Of a DNA stretch of 64,000 nt, positions 45,561 through 55,429 are shown one piece after another. The first letter of the stretch is position 1; the number at the start of each line of letters is the position of its first letter. The stretch is from the NCBI GenBank assembly GCA_019058445.1, contig JAHPZA010000009.1, positions 589,285-653,284 on the forward strand. The letters are read 5' to 3'. The notes beneath the pieces were generated by a model, which had not been told where the DNA came from, made no database searches, and saw only the letters and a list, made by a program, of their open reading frames with translations. The position numbers and the translations under genes were made by a program. This DNA is from Promethearchaeota archaeon (GTDB lineage Archaea; Asgardarchaeota; Lokiarchaeia; Sigyniarchaeales; SOKP01).

Positions 45561-47117
45561 TTGATGAATTCAAGAGAAACTATTTTTGATGTAGCGAATT
45601 TTAGAAAATGGAAAGAATCATCAATGGAGCGTCATGATCTTTATAATTTTGAGTCAAAAATAGATTATATCTTTGATAGAACTCCTACCGAAAAAGAGTC
45701 TTCTTATCTGCTTGAAGTGTTTTTTTTTATTCCAGAGAGCCTCCAAATTAATAAAGAAAGCTATTCTAAGGAACAATTTTTTTTAGATTTAAATAATCGA
45801 ATACGCTTCAAAACCCCTCAGATGACCATAAAAGGGCTACTTGACGAGCAGAATAAATTATCCCCTATATATGTAATTTTAAAAAAATTAAAAGAGATAC
45901 AATATGGAGAAATCTCTCATGAAACAAATATTCGCATTGAGAGAGAAATAAGATTATTAGCGTGTATAGTAAAAGTATCATTAAGGGATCAATTTTCTTT
46001 TATTTTAACATTTCAACAAAAATTGAAGAAGCAAGGTAATCTTGCTATTGTTATTAGCAATTACTTGGATGACATTGAGGAATTGGAGGCAAAAATGAAT
46101 TTATTAAGAGATATGTTTTCCATTTCACAAATTCCATATAAATTACGAGAAGCACTTCAATATGCTGATGAATATATTAGCCTTCAAATAAAAACATGGA
46201 TGGCTCAAGCCATTAAAGAGTTAGAAAAACAAATTGATAACAATATTCGCGATAGAATGATCCAAATAATTGAACGGGAACAAGATTTTAGAAGAATTAT
46301 CAATAGTCTACTGATTTTAGAAGAAAATTCTGAAAATGAAGCATTTACTTACTATGAAAGTATCTTAAAAAAATATGTTCAAGGGGTCTTATATTTAGAA
46401 AAAAAAAAAAAAGATCCGAAATCCCGCTCTTTGGAACTTTTATATTCGGTGGCGGCTGGATTTGCGATGTTTATATCACTGTTCCTAACAGTGTTATTAC
46501 TTAACGCTTATGATGTCAATTCAATCCCCTTTATAATATTAGCAATTGTAATTTACATTTTTAAAGACCGAATAAAGGAAATTTTTAGAGGAGTTTCACA
46601 AAAGGCTGTTGGATTGGTCTTTCCAGACCAAAGAGTCGATATTGAAGATAAATTTTATCAAGTGACAATTGGAGAGAGCCGAGAAAAAGTAAGTTTTATG
46701 GAATGGGAGGATGTCCCAGATGAAATACTTGGAGTGAGAAGCTCAAGTGATAAAAGTCCTTTGGAGGCAGAAGGGAAACCAGAGGTGGTTCTTTCCTATA
46801 TGCAGAAAATAACCTTATTAAATGAAAAAATTGATGAAATTCATAAAAGAAAGAAGGATCTTTCAAATATTATCAGATTTAATATTCAAGATTTTTTAAA
46901 ATATGCTGATGATCCTATTCAACACGAACTTCTTTGGAATAATAATACAACTGAAGTTGAAGATATTTTAATTTCAAAAGTATACCATCTTAATATAGTC
47001 CTAAAACTTTCTTCATATAAGGGAAAGGAAATCAAGAGACTCTTTTTTAAGAAATTTAGAGTAATTCTTGATCAAAAGGGTATAAAGAGAATAGAAGAAC
47101 CGGATATTACCTTATAA
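45561..47117 (+). CDS. hypothetical protein with a central TM hairpin
   Basis: 518 aa. The soluble N-terminal ~290 aa are helical, followed by two hydrophobic helices (LLYSVAAGFAMFISLFLTVLLL / IPFIILAIVIYIF) and a soluble C-terminal ~170 aa. No motif recognised. Confidence 0.45.
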   Translation: MMNSRETIFDVANFRKWKESSMERHDLYNFESKIDYIFDRTPTEKESSYLLEVFFFIPESLQINKESYSKEQFFLDLNNRIRFKTPQMTIKGLLDEQNKLSPIYVILKKLKEIQYGEISHETNIRIEREIRLLACIVKVSLRDQFSFILTFQQKLKKQGNLAIVISNYLDDIEELEAKMNLLRDMFSISQIPYKLREALQYADEYISLQIKTWMAQAIKELEKQIDNNIRDRMIQIIEREQDFRRIINSLLILEENSENEAFTYYESILKKYVQGVLYLEKKKKDPKSRSLELLYSVAAGFAMFISLFLTVLLLNAYDVNSIPFIILAIVIYIFKDRIKEIFRGVSQKAVGLVFPDQRVDIEDKFYQVTIGESREKVSFMEWEDVPDEILGVRSSSDKSPLEAEGKPEVVLSYMQKITLLNEKIDEIHKRKKDLSNIIRFNIQDFLKYADDPIQHELLWNNNTTEVEDILISKVYHLNIVLKLSSYKGKEIKRLFFKKFRVILDQKGIKRIEEPDITL

Positions 47118-47153
47118 TTTTACTTATTTCTAACAAAAATCTTTAATATATCT

Positions 47154-48281
47154 TTGATATATGTATATTTAAGCATGGTTAGGTTAAAATGGGAAAACAA
47201 AAAAGACTTTTCGGGGAGAATTCTAGAAAATACACAATATTATAAAGACAAATTTAAAAAAATCAAAATAACAACCTTCAATTCTTCAAAGAAATTAATT
47301 AAGGGAAAAGAAACAACGCATTGGACCAATAAATTAATATGGGGAGACAATCTTAAGGTCCTTTATTATCTTTTAAATGATTTCAAGGAAAAAATCGACT
47401 TAATATATATAGATCCTCCATTTTTTTCTGGTACTAATTATCACATAGAAATTAAAAGTGAGGCACGAGAATTTAACGCTATTGCTTATAATGATTATTG
47501 GAAGAATGATTTAGATTCTTATTTAGAAATGATTTATGAAAGGATAGTACTATTTAAAAAATTACTGTCAAAAAAAGGATTAATATTTGTCCACTTAGAC
47601 TGGCATGCGAGCCATTATATAAGAGTAATATTAGACGAGATATTTGGACAAAATAAGTTTGTGAACAATATTGTATGGCATTATTATAATAAATATTCAG
47701 CAGGAAAGACCAATCTTCCACGAGCTCATGATGATATACTAGTTTATTCCAAGACTAATAAATATACATTCAATGAGCTTAGAATCCCTCGCGATAAACC
47801 AATAAAGCAATTAAAAAGAGAAATGGTAAATGGAGTTTTAAAGAATGCCAAAGACGAGAATGGCCATGTTATATATAGAACTGTAAAAGATAAAAAAATG
47901 GATGATGTGTGGAGAATTCCATGTATGCAACCTGCCTCAAAAGAATGGACAGGTTTCCCAACTCAAAAACATCATGAATTGCTAAAAAGAATAATCAAGT
48001 TAGGAAGTAATAAAGGAGACATAGTTGCTGATTTTTTTTGTGGTTCAGGAACAACATTATTAACTGCAGAAAAGTTGAATAGAAGATGGATTGGTTGTGA
48101 TATCTCGGAATATTCCATTTATTTAACTCGCAAGAGATTGATGGCCTATTTTGAAAATAATAAAAACAGCTTTAAAGATGATCATCCCTTTGAGTTATAT
48201 ACTCATTTAAATGATGAGCGTGTTAATATTATCAATTCTGGTTTTTTCGAAAAAGAATTAGCGATTAGAAGGAAGAAATAA
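47154..48281 (+). CDS. beta-class DNA methyltransferase (N6A/N4C; motif IV before motif I); likely start ATG 47175
   Basis: NKLIWGDNLKVLYYLLNDFKEKIDLIYIDPPFFSGTNY (motif IV DPPF) is followed by DIVADFFCGSGTTLLTAEKLNRRWIGCDISEYSI (motif I FxGSGTT). Confidence 0.85.
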   Translation: MIYVYLSMVRLKWENKKDFSGRILENTQYYKDKFKKIKITTFNSSKKLIKGKETTHWTNKLIWGDNLKVLYYLLNDFKEKIDLIYIDPPFFSGTNYHIEIKSEAREFNAIAYNDYWKNDLDSYLEMIYERIVLFKKLLSKKGLIFVHLDWHASHYIRVILDEIFGQNKFVNNIVWHYYNKYSAGKTNLPRAHDDILVYSKTNKYTFNELRIPRDKPIKQLKREMVNGVLKNAKDENGHVIYRTVKDKKMDDVWRIPCMQPASKEWTGFPTQKHHELLKRIIKLGSNKGDIVADFFCGSGTTLLTAEKLNRRWIGCDISEYSIYLTRKRLMAYFENNKNSFKDDHPFELYTHLNDERVNIINSGFFEKELAIRRKK

Positions 48282-48309
48282 ACCAATTAAACATTAATAA
48301 TATAGGAAA

Positions 48310-49506
48310 ATGTATAAAAAACTAAATGAATATGATATAACTTTAGAATCCTATAACTCGATTAAAAAGAAATTTAATTATTTAAAGGAATTAATTCCTA
48401 AAAATCGCTGTTTTATGGGATGGGATGGGTTTATTGATCATTTATATACTGTTATTCAAGCTCGTGAAAGTCTAAATAAATGGACTCCAATTGATCATAT
48501 GAAAAATTTTGGTAATCTAATCACCAGAGTCGCCGGCAGTTCAATAGGTATTGAAATGATATTAAAAAGAAGAGCAATTGGGGGATTCACTTCTAATGTG
48601 TGTAAAGGTATGAATACACTTGGAATTAAAATGACTTTAGCTGCTGCCTGGGGTTATCCTAATCAGTTAGCGATTTTTAAAGATTTTTTAAACAAAAGAG
48701 AATCAATTGACGTAAAATCCTTTACAGAACCAGGAATTACTATGGGGCTTGAATTCAATGACGGAAAGATAATGTTGAATAATGTTGAAAGTATTTTAAA
48801 AATCAATTGGGGCATCATAACTGAAAGGATTGGTATTGAAAATCTTCTGGATCAAATAGAGAAAAATAATTTAGTTGGATTGGGGTATTGGGCACTAATC
48901 TTACAATTTGAGGATATTTTACGACGAATGCTTGTTGATGTGTTTCCATCTATTTCAAATCTAAAAAACAAATTGCTTTTTTTTGATTTAGCTGATGTTA
49001 AGAGACGAACGCAAAATGATCTCATCTTTTTTTTAAAATATCTTCCTAAAGTTGAGGACGAAATTCCATTGATTTTAAGCTTAAATGATCAAGAGGCCAA
49101 AGATGTGCTATCTGCTTTACAGTCAGCGAATTTAATAAAAATTAAAGGGAAAAATGTTGAGGATTTAACCGATGCTGGTATTTATATAAATGATTTTCTT
49201 AACATTTCATATGTTATCATTCATTCACCTCATTTTGCTACAATTACTAGTAAAAATGCCCATTTTTGGGTTACCGAAGGGTATACTTCACAACCCCGAT
49301 ATACAACCAGTGCAGGAGATCATTTTAATGCGGGAACGGTACTTGGTTTAGCATGTAACTTATCACCTGCAGAGTCAATTCTCATGGGAAACGCTCTTAC
49401 AGCGATTTTTGTGAGAACTGGAAAATCTCCAAATATTAATGAATTATTTCAATACATTCAAAAATATATGGAATATATTGAAAAAGACAATCCAAATTTT
49501 CCTTAA
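48310..49506 (+). CDS. ribokinase-superfamily carbohydrate kinase-like protein (PfkB / ADP-dependent kinase-like)
   Basis: LSLNDQEAKDVL (NxxE-like) and the C-terminal TTSAGDHFNAG (GxGD anion-hole/catalytic-Asp motif) are present. The subfamily is uncertain. Confidence 0.45.
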   Translation: MYKKLNEYDITLESYNSIKKKFNYLKELIPKNRCFMGWDGFIDHLYTVIQARESLNKWTPIDHMKNFGNLITRVAGSSIGIEMILKRRAIGGFTSNVCKGMNTLGIKMTLAAAWGYPNQLAIFKDFLNKRESIDVKSFTEPGITMGLEFNDGKIMLNNVESILKINWGIITERIGIENLLDQIEKNNLVGLGYWALILQFEDILRRMLVDVFPSISNLKNKLLFFDLADVKRRTQNDLIFFLKYLPKVEDEIPLILSLNDQEAKDVLSALQSANLIKIKGKNVEDLTDAGIYINDFLNISYVIIHSPHFATITSKNAHFWVTEGYTSQPRYTTSAGDHFNAGTVLGLACNLSPAESILMGNALTAIFVRTGKSPNINELFQYIQKYMEYIEKDNPNFP

Positions 49507-51441
49507 TTATTTAATTTGGGTAATATTGACTCGATGTATTCCATCTTCTTTTATCTTAATGAGTATTAATTGATCATTTTCTTTCTTTTCAACAATTCCC
49601 TTATTTATTTTAATCTTAAAGCCTTTAGGATATTGAATTTTCGGGATATAAAGAATAGTAGGTGCTTGAATAGATGAATCTCCATCAAATTCAAAATAAA
49701 AAGATCCTTCTTTAAGGTTAAATTTCATATTCATTGGAATTCCCGCACAATGTAGAAAATGAGGGCGGCAAAATCCTTTAACTGCCCTTCCACCGCTGTT
49801 GATATCACTTGGATCAAGCTGCTGATCTCTGCTAAATATAGATAAATCCTCTAAATTCCACAAATCCCCCCATTCATTACAATTATCAGATGTATAGTTC
49901 CATTGGGTGCCATGGAGCAAATGCATATCCATTGCGTCATAGTACATGGTCAGCATCTCAATATTTTTTTTAAAGGCTTTTTGCCCCTTTTTCTCATACA
50001 TTTTATAAGCTTTTTTATTCTTAAGGTCATAATGAAGTCCAAACTCTCCTAATAACGTGGGGACACCTCCTGCGATGATTTTCGAAACATTTTTTATGTT
50101 TGCTAATTGGCGATTAAACATTTCCTGTACATTTTTTTTTCCAAATACAAGCTTATCTGTCATGATATCAAAATTCATCCTTATCCAAGCTCTTTTTGTT
50201 GTCGCTGAAGCTGCATCATACCAGTGTGCGGCATTTACATACGGACCTTCATTTTGAGGTAAGTCAAAATTAGTTTTTTTACCCATTATCATTGTAACTT
50301 CAGGTCCTTCGAAGAATATGATTGAGTTGGGGATAATCGCTCGAATTTCTTTTGAGAACATCAAAATAAATGGTGATAAATAATCTTTATAGAAATCTAC
50401 CTTTTTTTCATCAAAAATTGTGAAATGGTCATTATTTAGGATTATAGGGTTCTCATTCTCATCTAAATCCCATATTCCTTCTCTACGCCAAATATCTTGA
50501 GCTTCTTCAAGCCAACATGAAATCTTGTTCTGGTTTAAGGTATCCTTTCTTGTTTCCTTAATTGAAGTAAGTTTAATTTCTCTATATGGAATGGTTCGTG
50601 AATATCCTGCTGCTGTCACCATAGCGTCAAAAGGAGTAAATGCATGCCCTAAAACTTCAGAAAATCCTTCCTTTCCACTACTATCTACTTTATCTTCAAT
50701 CCATCCCTTCTTAGGCTCATTTAAACTGTCAAATCCAATAATTGAAGAGAAATCTTTTACATTATTTGCGATTTGTTTGACTGCTCCGATATAGTGTTGT
50801 TGAAAATAGTCTTGGACATTTATACCATCTATCTTACAGGAAGGAGCAAAATTTCTTCCCCCAAAAAACAGCGTCCACATGGTAGCATTGGCAAATCGAA
50901 CATTATTATTATCCCAATACATTACTGGATATGCTTTAGGATTATTTGAGTCATATCGATATTGCATAACAAAAGCAGCTTCACTTTTATCGAATTTTGT
51001 AAAGTCCAATCCTACTTTTTCAAAAAGCCAACCAGGGGCTCCATCACCCCCGGTCATTCTACTCCACACATCTTGATGGGGATCAATAAAAATATAAAAT
51101 TCATATGGTTCAGCAATCTTCAAAACTTCTTCTATATAATCTAAATATTCTTTATCATATTGTTTTGGACCTTTATGTTCTATTGCCTCCCATGTGATTA
51201 AAAATCTAAGACAATTAAATCCCCAGTGTTTTATACGACGAAAATGCTCATCTGCCTCTTTTATTGGAAAAGGTCTACCAACAAATGAAACATCTCTATG
51301 ATCTCTAAAATCTGTCTCTATATGTGTTGCTCCATCTGGAACTGTAGGAACTTTTGAGCTCCCACCTAAATTTACACCTCTAAGTAAGACAGTTCTACCA
51401 TTCTTATCTATGAACCATTCATTTTTAGTGGTTATTGTCAT
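49507..51441 (-). CDS. glycoside hydrolase family 5-like (glucosylceramidase/endoglycoceramidase-like) with C-terminal beta-sandwich
   Basis: GVNLGGSSKVP and FNCLRFLITWEAIEH are present. FDSLNEPKKGW carries the acid/base Glu in NEP, and TLLGEFG carries the nucleophile Glu. Confidence 0.75.
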   Translation of the reverse strand: MTITTKNEWFIDKNGRTVLLRGVNLGGSSKVPTVPDGATHIETDFRDHRDVSFVGRPFPIKEADEHFRRIKHWGFNCLRFLITWEAIEHKGPKQYDKEYLDYIEEVLKIAEPYEFYIFIDPHQDVWSRMTGGDGAPGWLFEKVGLDFTKFDKSEAAFVMQYRYDSNNPKAYPVMYWDNNNVRFANATMWTLFFGGRNFAPSCKIDGINVQDYFQQHYIGAVKQIANNVKDFSSIIGFDSLNEPKKGWIEDKVDSSGKEGFSEVLGHAFTPFDAMVTAAGYSRTIPYREIKLTSIKETRKDTLNQNKISCWLEEAQDIWRREGIWDLDENENPIILNNDHFTIFDEKKVDFYKDYLSPFILMFSKEIRAIIPNSIIFFEGPEVTMIMGKKTNFDLPQNEGPYVNAAHWYDAASATTKRAWIRMNFDIMTDKLVFGKKNVQEMFNRQLANIKNVSKIIAGGVPTLLGEFGLHYDLKNKKAYKMYEKKGQKAFKKNIEMLTMYYDAMDMHLLHGTQWNYTSDNCNEWGDLWNLEDLSIFSRDQQLDPSDINSGGRAVKGFCRPHFLHCAGIPMNMKFNLKEGSFYFEFDGDSSIQAPTILYIPKIQYPKGFKIKINKGIVEKKENDQLILIKIKEDGIHRVNITQIK

Positions 51442-51506
51442 AATAATTCAATATTATCAATTCTAATTCAATTTAATTAGTAAAATTAAAGAATGGAATA
51501 TTGGCT

Positions 51507-52964
51507 TTAATATTTCATTTTTTTATCAGCTTCTTTCTTATAGTACCAATCGGAGTGTCTATCAAAAGAAGTCTTATCTAAAGTAATTAAAAGATCATTT
51601 TTAGCATCAACTTCAATTATTTTAAATAATTCTTTACAAATATCTGGATTATCTCCTGAAATATCTTCATTCCATTCTGGATCTTTTGAGAGATCAAACA
51701 ATTTTTGATTATTTCTATTATTAGATGTAATTAATGCGTAATGATCATCTTTATATAAAGAACAGTCACTAAAACCACATGTAATATAATCTCGATTTTC
51801 TAATACTAAATCGCTTTCATCAATAAATATGGAAAGGTCTAAGCCTTCAAAAACTTCGGGTTTAGCTTTTCCTAGAAATCCAAAAATAGTGGGTAAAATA
51901 TCATGAACGTAAGCATAGCTTTTTTTTATACGTTTAGACCCTTTAGTAACCCCAAGGGGTTTAATCATGAATGGAATATCTACTAGTTCAGGGTACATGC
52001 ACATAGGTATTTTTCCAAAAGCTCCATGGTCTCCAATACAATGTCCATGATCACTTAAAAGAATAATCAAAGAATCCTCGTATATCTCCATTTCTTTTAA
52101 TTTATTAATGAAAAATCCAAACCAATTATCACATAATGAAACTTCTCCAGCGTAACTTGCTCTCATAAATTTTATCTCGTCGTCGGAAAAAAAGTTTTTA
52201 TTTTCGTTATAGACTGGATGAATTATTTTGTTCCCTGAATAGTTTTTATCGCTATATAAATTCAAATATTTCTCAGGGGGATCCCATGGTTCGTGCGGAT
52301 CAAAACTATCTATTAGAATAAGAGTGTTTTTAATGTTTAGCGTATCCTCAACGGATTTTAACGCAGTATTGAAAGTTTGGGCGGGAAAATATTCGATTTC
52401 TTCGTTTCTGTCCTGTATATTAGGTAAATACCATTTTAATACATTCTTTAAATATTGGATTGCCGCTCTATTTTCTTTTGTTTTAGCGGGCACATGATTT
52501 TTAAGTTTTGCATTAAATAGATTGCGTTGTCCTCTCTCCAATGCCCTATATCTATCGTATTCTTGTCCGCGAATCCAATGCCATTCGTGAAATGCGAGAT
52601 GATAATTCATATTTGGCTGAAAATGATGGTATGTGCTGGTGACAAAAGAAGTAATATATCCAGCATTTAACATATATTCTGCTAAGTGAGTTTGATTAGG
52701 AGGTATCGGGTTCCATCCAGCAGGATCTAAACCCTCTATATTTCTAAGTTTTGGTTTTTTGTGATTAAAAGGAAATGTCCGGATTCCGGTATGAATAGCT
52801 CGACGTACGGGAAGCGTAGGCAGAGATTCTGGATAAGCTTTATCAAAAACGATACAATCGTTCGCAAATGCGTCAATATTTGGGGTTTGTATCCAATTGT
52901 TCCCATAGGTCTTTCCTGAATGATCCTTTCTTAATGAATCAAAAATAATAATAAAGATCTTCAT
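51507..52964 (-). CDS. alkaline-phosphatase-superfamily (sulfatase-like) hydrolase/transferase with Thr at the nucleophile position
   Basis: IIIFDSLRKDH provides the metal-binding Asp. TLPVRRAIHTG aligns with the sulfatase C/S-x-P-x-R-x4-TG motif but has Thr in place of Cys/Ser. LSDHGH is also present. Confidence 0.75.
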   Translation of the reverse strand: MKIFIIIFDSLRKDHSGKTYGNNWIQTPNIDAFANDCIVFDKAYPESLPTLPVRRAIHTGIRTFPFNHKKPKLRNIEGLDPAGWNPIPPNQTHLAEYMLNAGYITSFVTSTYHHFQPNMNYHLAFHEWHWIRGQEYDRYRALERGQRNLFNAKLKNHVPAKTKENRAAIQYLKNVLKWYLPNIQDRNEEIEYFPAQTFNTALKSVEDTLNIKNTLILIDSFDPHEPWDPPEKYLNLYSDKNYSGNKIIHPVYNENKNFFSDDEIKFMRASYAGEVSLCDNWFGFFINKLKEMEIYEDSLIILLSDHGHCIGDHGAFGKIPMCMYPELVDIPFMIKPLGVTKGSKRIKKSYAYVHDILPTIFGFLGKAKPEVFEGLDLSIFIDESDLVLENRDYITCGFSDCSLYKDDHYALITSNNRNNQKLFDLSKDPEWNEDISGDNPDICKELFKIIEVDAKNDLLITLDKTSFDRHSDWYYKKEADKKMKY

Positions 52965-53049
52965 AATTGTATAAGCTTTATCTTAAAATTTTAATAAATG
53001 TTTTGCGTTGTTCCATAAATTTTTATTAAACAAAGAAAAAAAGAAAAAA

Positions 53050-54486
53050 TTAGGGTGATTGATTATGATAAATAGTATTATATCCTAAATATCTAAAAAG
53101 CGCTTCATAGACTATATCTCCCACTTTATTTAAGTTTGCAGCGACATGATGGGCAAATCCACCTAAACATACAGATTTCAATAATTCTTGTAGGTTTGGA
53201 ATTTCAACTACACCATAACCACCAAAAGTTTCTAAAGGGTCATCTGTATATTCCCCTTCAGCTATTAACGCTTTCATTTCTCCAAAAATATCATCAGTTT
53301 CGATTCTGAGCATTGTACATGGTCGAGTTTTTATTCTTCCTTGAATCGCGCCAAATGAAACCTCACCTCCTTTTGAATCTGCAATAATTGGATGAATAGT
53401 CATTCTAGTATCTTTAAAAAACGATTTAGGAAGATTACTGCAGTGGAAAAGCACCATTTTATTTGGATCATCACCATAATTGTTATTCCAATCTAATATT
53501 GCTGAAGGTGTATCCGAAGCATACTGTAAAATTAACATGCCTATTAGCCCGGAAATATCGACTTCACAAGCCGCAGGAACCAATCCCTCGCTAAACATAC
53601 TCATAACGGCGCAGGGAACAATTCCGAAATTATCTTGGATTGAAGGCCAACATTGAAAGGCAAATCCGTCTAACTCTTTTTCAATAACCCAATTTTCAAC
53701 CACGACTGCCAATTTTGCAAGTTTAAGTATACCATCTTCGGGAAACTGTGTTGTTGGTGTGTATTTTTTAATGAAATCTATTTTTTCTTGAATATTTGGA
53801 TCATCATCACTTAAGCGGTTGATTTGGCCAAAAATTTCAGACAAATCTATTGGTTCTACACTTATTCCATTAAATTCTAAGATTTTTTCACTATAGCGCA
53901 CAGTATTAAACGCATTAGGTCTTGTCCCAATTTGCCCTACTCGTAGATTTCTTAGTTTTTTTACAATTCTACAGATTTTCTCAAATTTTAGAAGGTCTGC
54001 TTTATATTGATCTGATTTAATCGCGCAGGTGTGATATTCCGTTAGAGTAAATGGAATCCCATACTGATATAAGACGCTTGTTACCGAGATTTTACCACAA
54101 AATGCATCTCTTCTATAGGTTCTATTCATCTTATCAATTTCGTCTGAAGATGCTTGTATTAAGACGGGAACATTAATATCTGCCATTTTAAGAGTCTCAG
54201 CGATTCCTTTTTCATCCCCAAAATTTGGTAAAATAACCAGAATTCCATCGATTTTTTCTCTATTTGCTTTAAATAACTCAGCACATTTCTTAGCATCCTC
54301 ATGGGTTTCAACAACACCGAATTTCGTAGCATTTTCATCCAAAATTATATAATCAAAGTTTAGTATACTTAAGAGTTCGGTTATTTCATCTCTGCCCTCT
54401 TTTGCTAAATGATCTGGAAAGACATCGCGATTCCCAACGATTATCCCAAAAGTAATTTTTTCTGGTTTCATATAAATAAATGACAT
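53050..54486 (-). CDS. L-fucose/L-arabinose isomerase-family protein
   Basis: Size and N-terminal pattern (KITFGIIVGNRDVFPDHLAKEGRDEI..., VILPNFGDEKG) resemble the COG2407 fucose-isomerase-like family. This is a recognition-level call only. Confidence 0.5.
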   Translation of the reverse strand: MSFIYMKPEKITFGIIVGNRDVFPDHLAKEGRDEITELLSILNFDYIILDENATKFGVVETHEDAKKCAELFKANREKIDGILVILPNFGDEKGIAETLKMADINVPVLIQASSDEIDKMNRTYRRDAFCGKISVTSVLYQYGIPFTLTEYHTCAIKSDQYKADLLKFEKICRIVKKLRNLRVGQIGTRPNAFNTVRYSEKILEFNGISVEPIDLSEIFGQINRLSDDDPNIQEKIDFIKKYTPTTQFPEDGILKLAKLAVVVENWVIEKELDGFAFQCWPSIQDNFGIVPCAVMSMFSEGLVPAACEVDISGLIGMLILQYASDTPSAILDWNNNYGDDPNKMVLFHCSNLPKSFFKDTRMTIHPIIADSKGGEVSFGAIQGRIKTRPCTMLRIETDDIFGEMKALIAEGEYTDDPLETFGGYGVVEIPNLQELLKSVCLGGFAHHVAANLNKVGDIVYEALFRYLGYNTIYHNQSP

Positions 54487-54573
54487 CTTAATCTACTTTC
54501 TTTTATAATTAGATTATGAAAATAAATCCCCGCTCTATATTTATTTTTTTTTTGATTTTTTCAAAAAATATTT

Positions 54574-55347
54574 TTATTCTAGTACGTCTCGGGGGTAAGT
54601 TTTTTTCGCATTATCTGCTACCTTTAAATCTATTTCTAAAGTAAAAAATGGGTTTTCAGGAGATGTGGTTCCTAATATTTCTCCATTTTCAGGTTCAATG
54701 ATCCAACCTTTACCTCCAAATTTAACTCCATGTTTGCTATAACCTCGACGATTAGATGACAAACAATAAGCCCCAGACATTATGGCTGCAACTCGACCTG
54801 CTAAAAGCCATTTTTCTACTGAAGAAAATAAACTTGCCCTAGGACATAATAATAATTGAATTCCCTGCTTTGCATAATCACGAGCATGTTCAGTAAACCA
54901 AAGCTCTGTACAAATGAGAAATCCGATACATACATTATGTAAAATAATTGTAGAAAAGTTCTTTTCTCCTCTATCATACCAAGTTGCTTCCCAAAATCCT
55001 TGCTCATTTGGTAAATAGTATTTTGTGTGCACATCTGTAAAGCCGGTCTCCTGATTCCAAGTAAATCCTTCATTGAAATGGCTTCCAGACTTGAATATCG
55101 GGCGAGTCCCTATTATTATAATCCCTTCTAATGAATGAAAACTAGGCATCCACTTTTCATGGGCGAGCACAGCATCTTTCCAAATTTGAAAATCCACTTG
55201 ATCTGTGTCTGCCATCCAAGGATAAAAGGGCATCTCAGGAAGAAGGAGTAAATCACTTTTTTCATTTTTCACATGTGCTACTAAAGTTGGCCAATCCTCT
55301 TCAAATTCTTCAAGATTATCATGCAATTCGCAAACAGTAACCTTCAT
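54574..55347 (-). CDS. carbon-nitrogen hydrolase (nitrilase superfamily)
   Basis: The Glu-Lys-Cys triad context is present: LLLPEMPF, HTKYYLP, GFLICTELWF. Confidence 0.78.
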   Translation of the reverse strand: MKVTVCELHDNLEEFEEDWPTLVAHVKNEKSDLLLLPEMPFYPWMADTDQVDFQIWKDAVLAHEKWMPSFHSLEGIIIIGTRPIFKSGSHFNEGFTWNQETGFTDVHTKYYLPNEQGFWEATWYDRGEKNFSTIILHNVCIGFLICTELWFTEHARDYAKQGIQLLLCPRASLFSSVEKWLLAGRVAAIMSGAYCLSSNRRGYSKHGVKFGGKGWIIEPENGEILGTTSPENPFFTLEIDLKVADNAKKTYPRDVLE

Positions 55348-55429
55348 TTAAATTTCTCTTTATCCTATGCAATTATTATTATGAAGGAAAATAACTTAAC
55401 TTATCTTTTTTTGTAGTTAATAATGGAAA

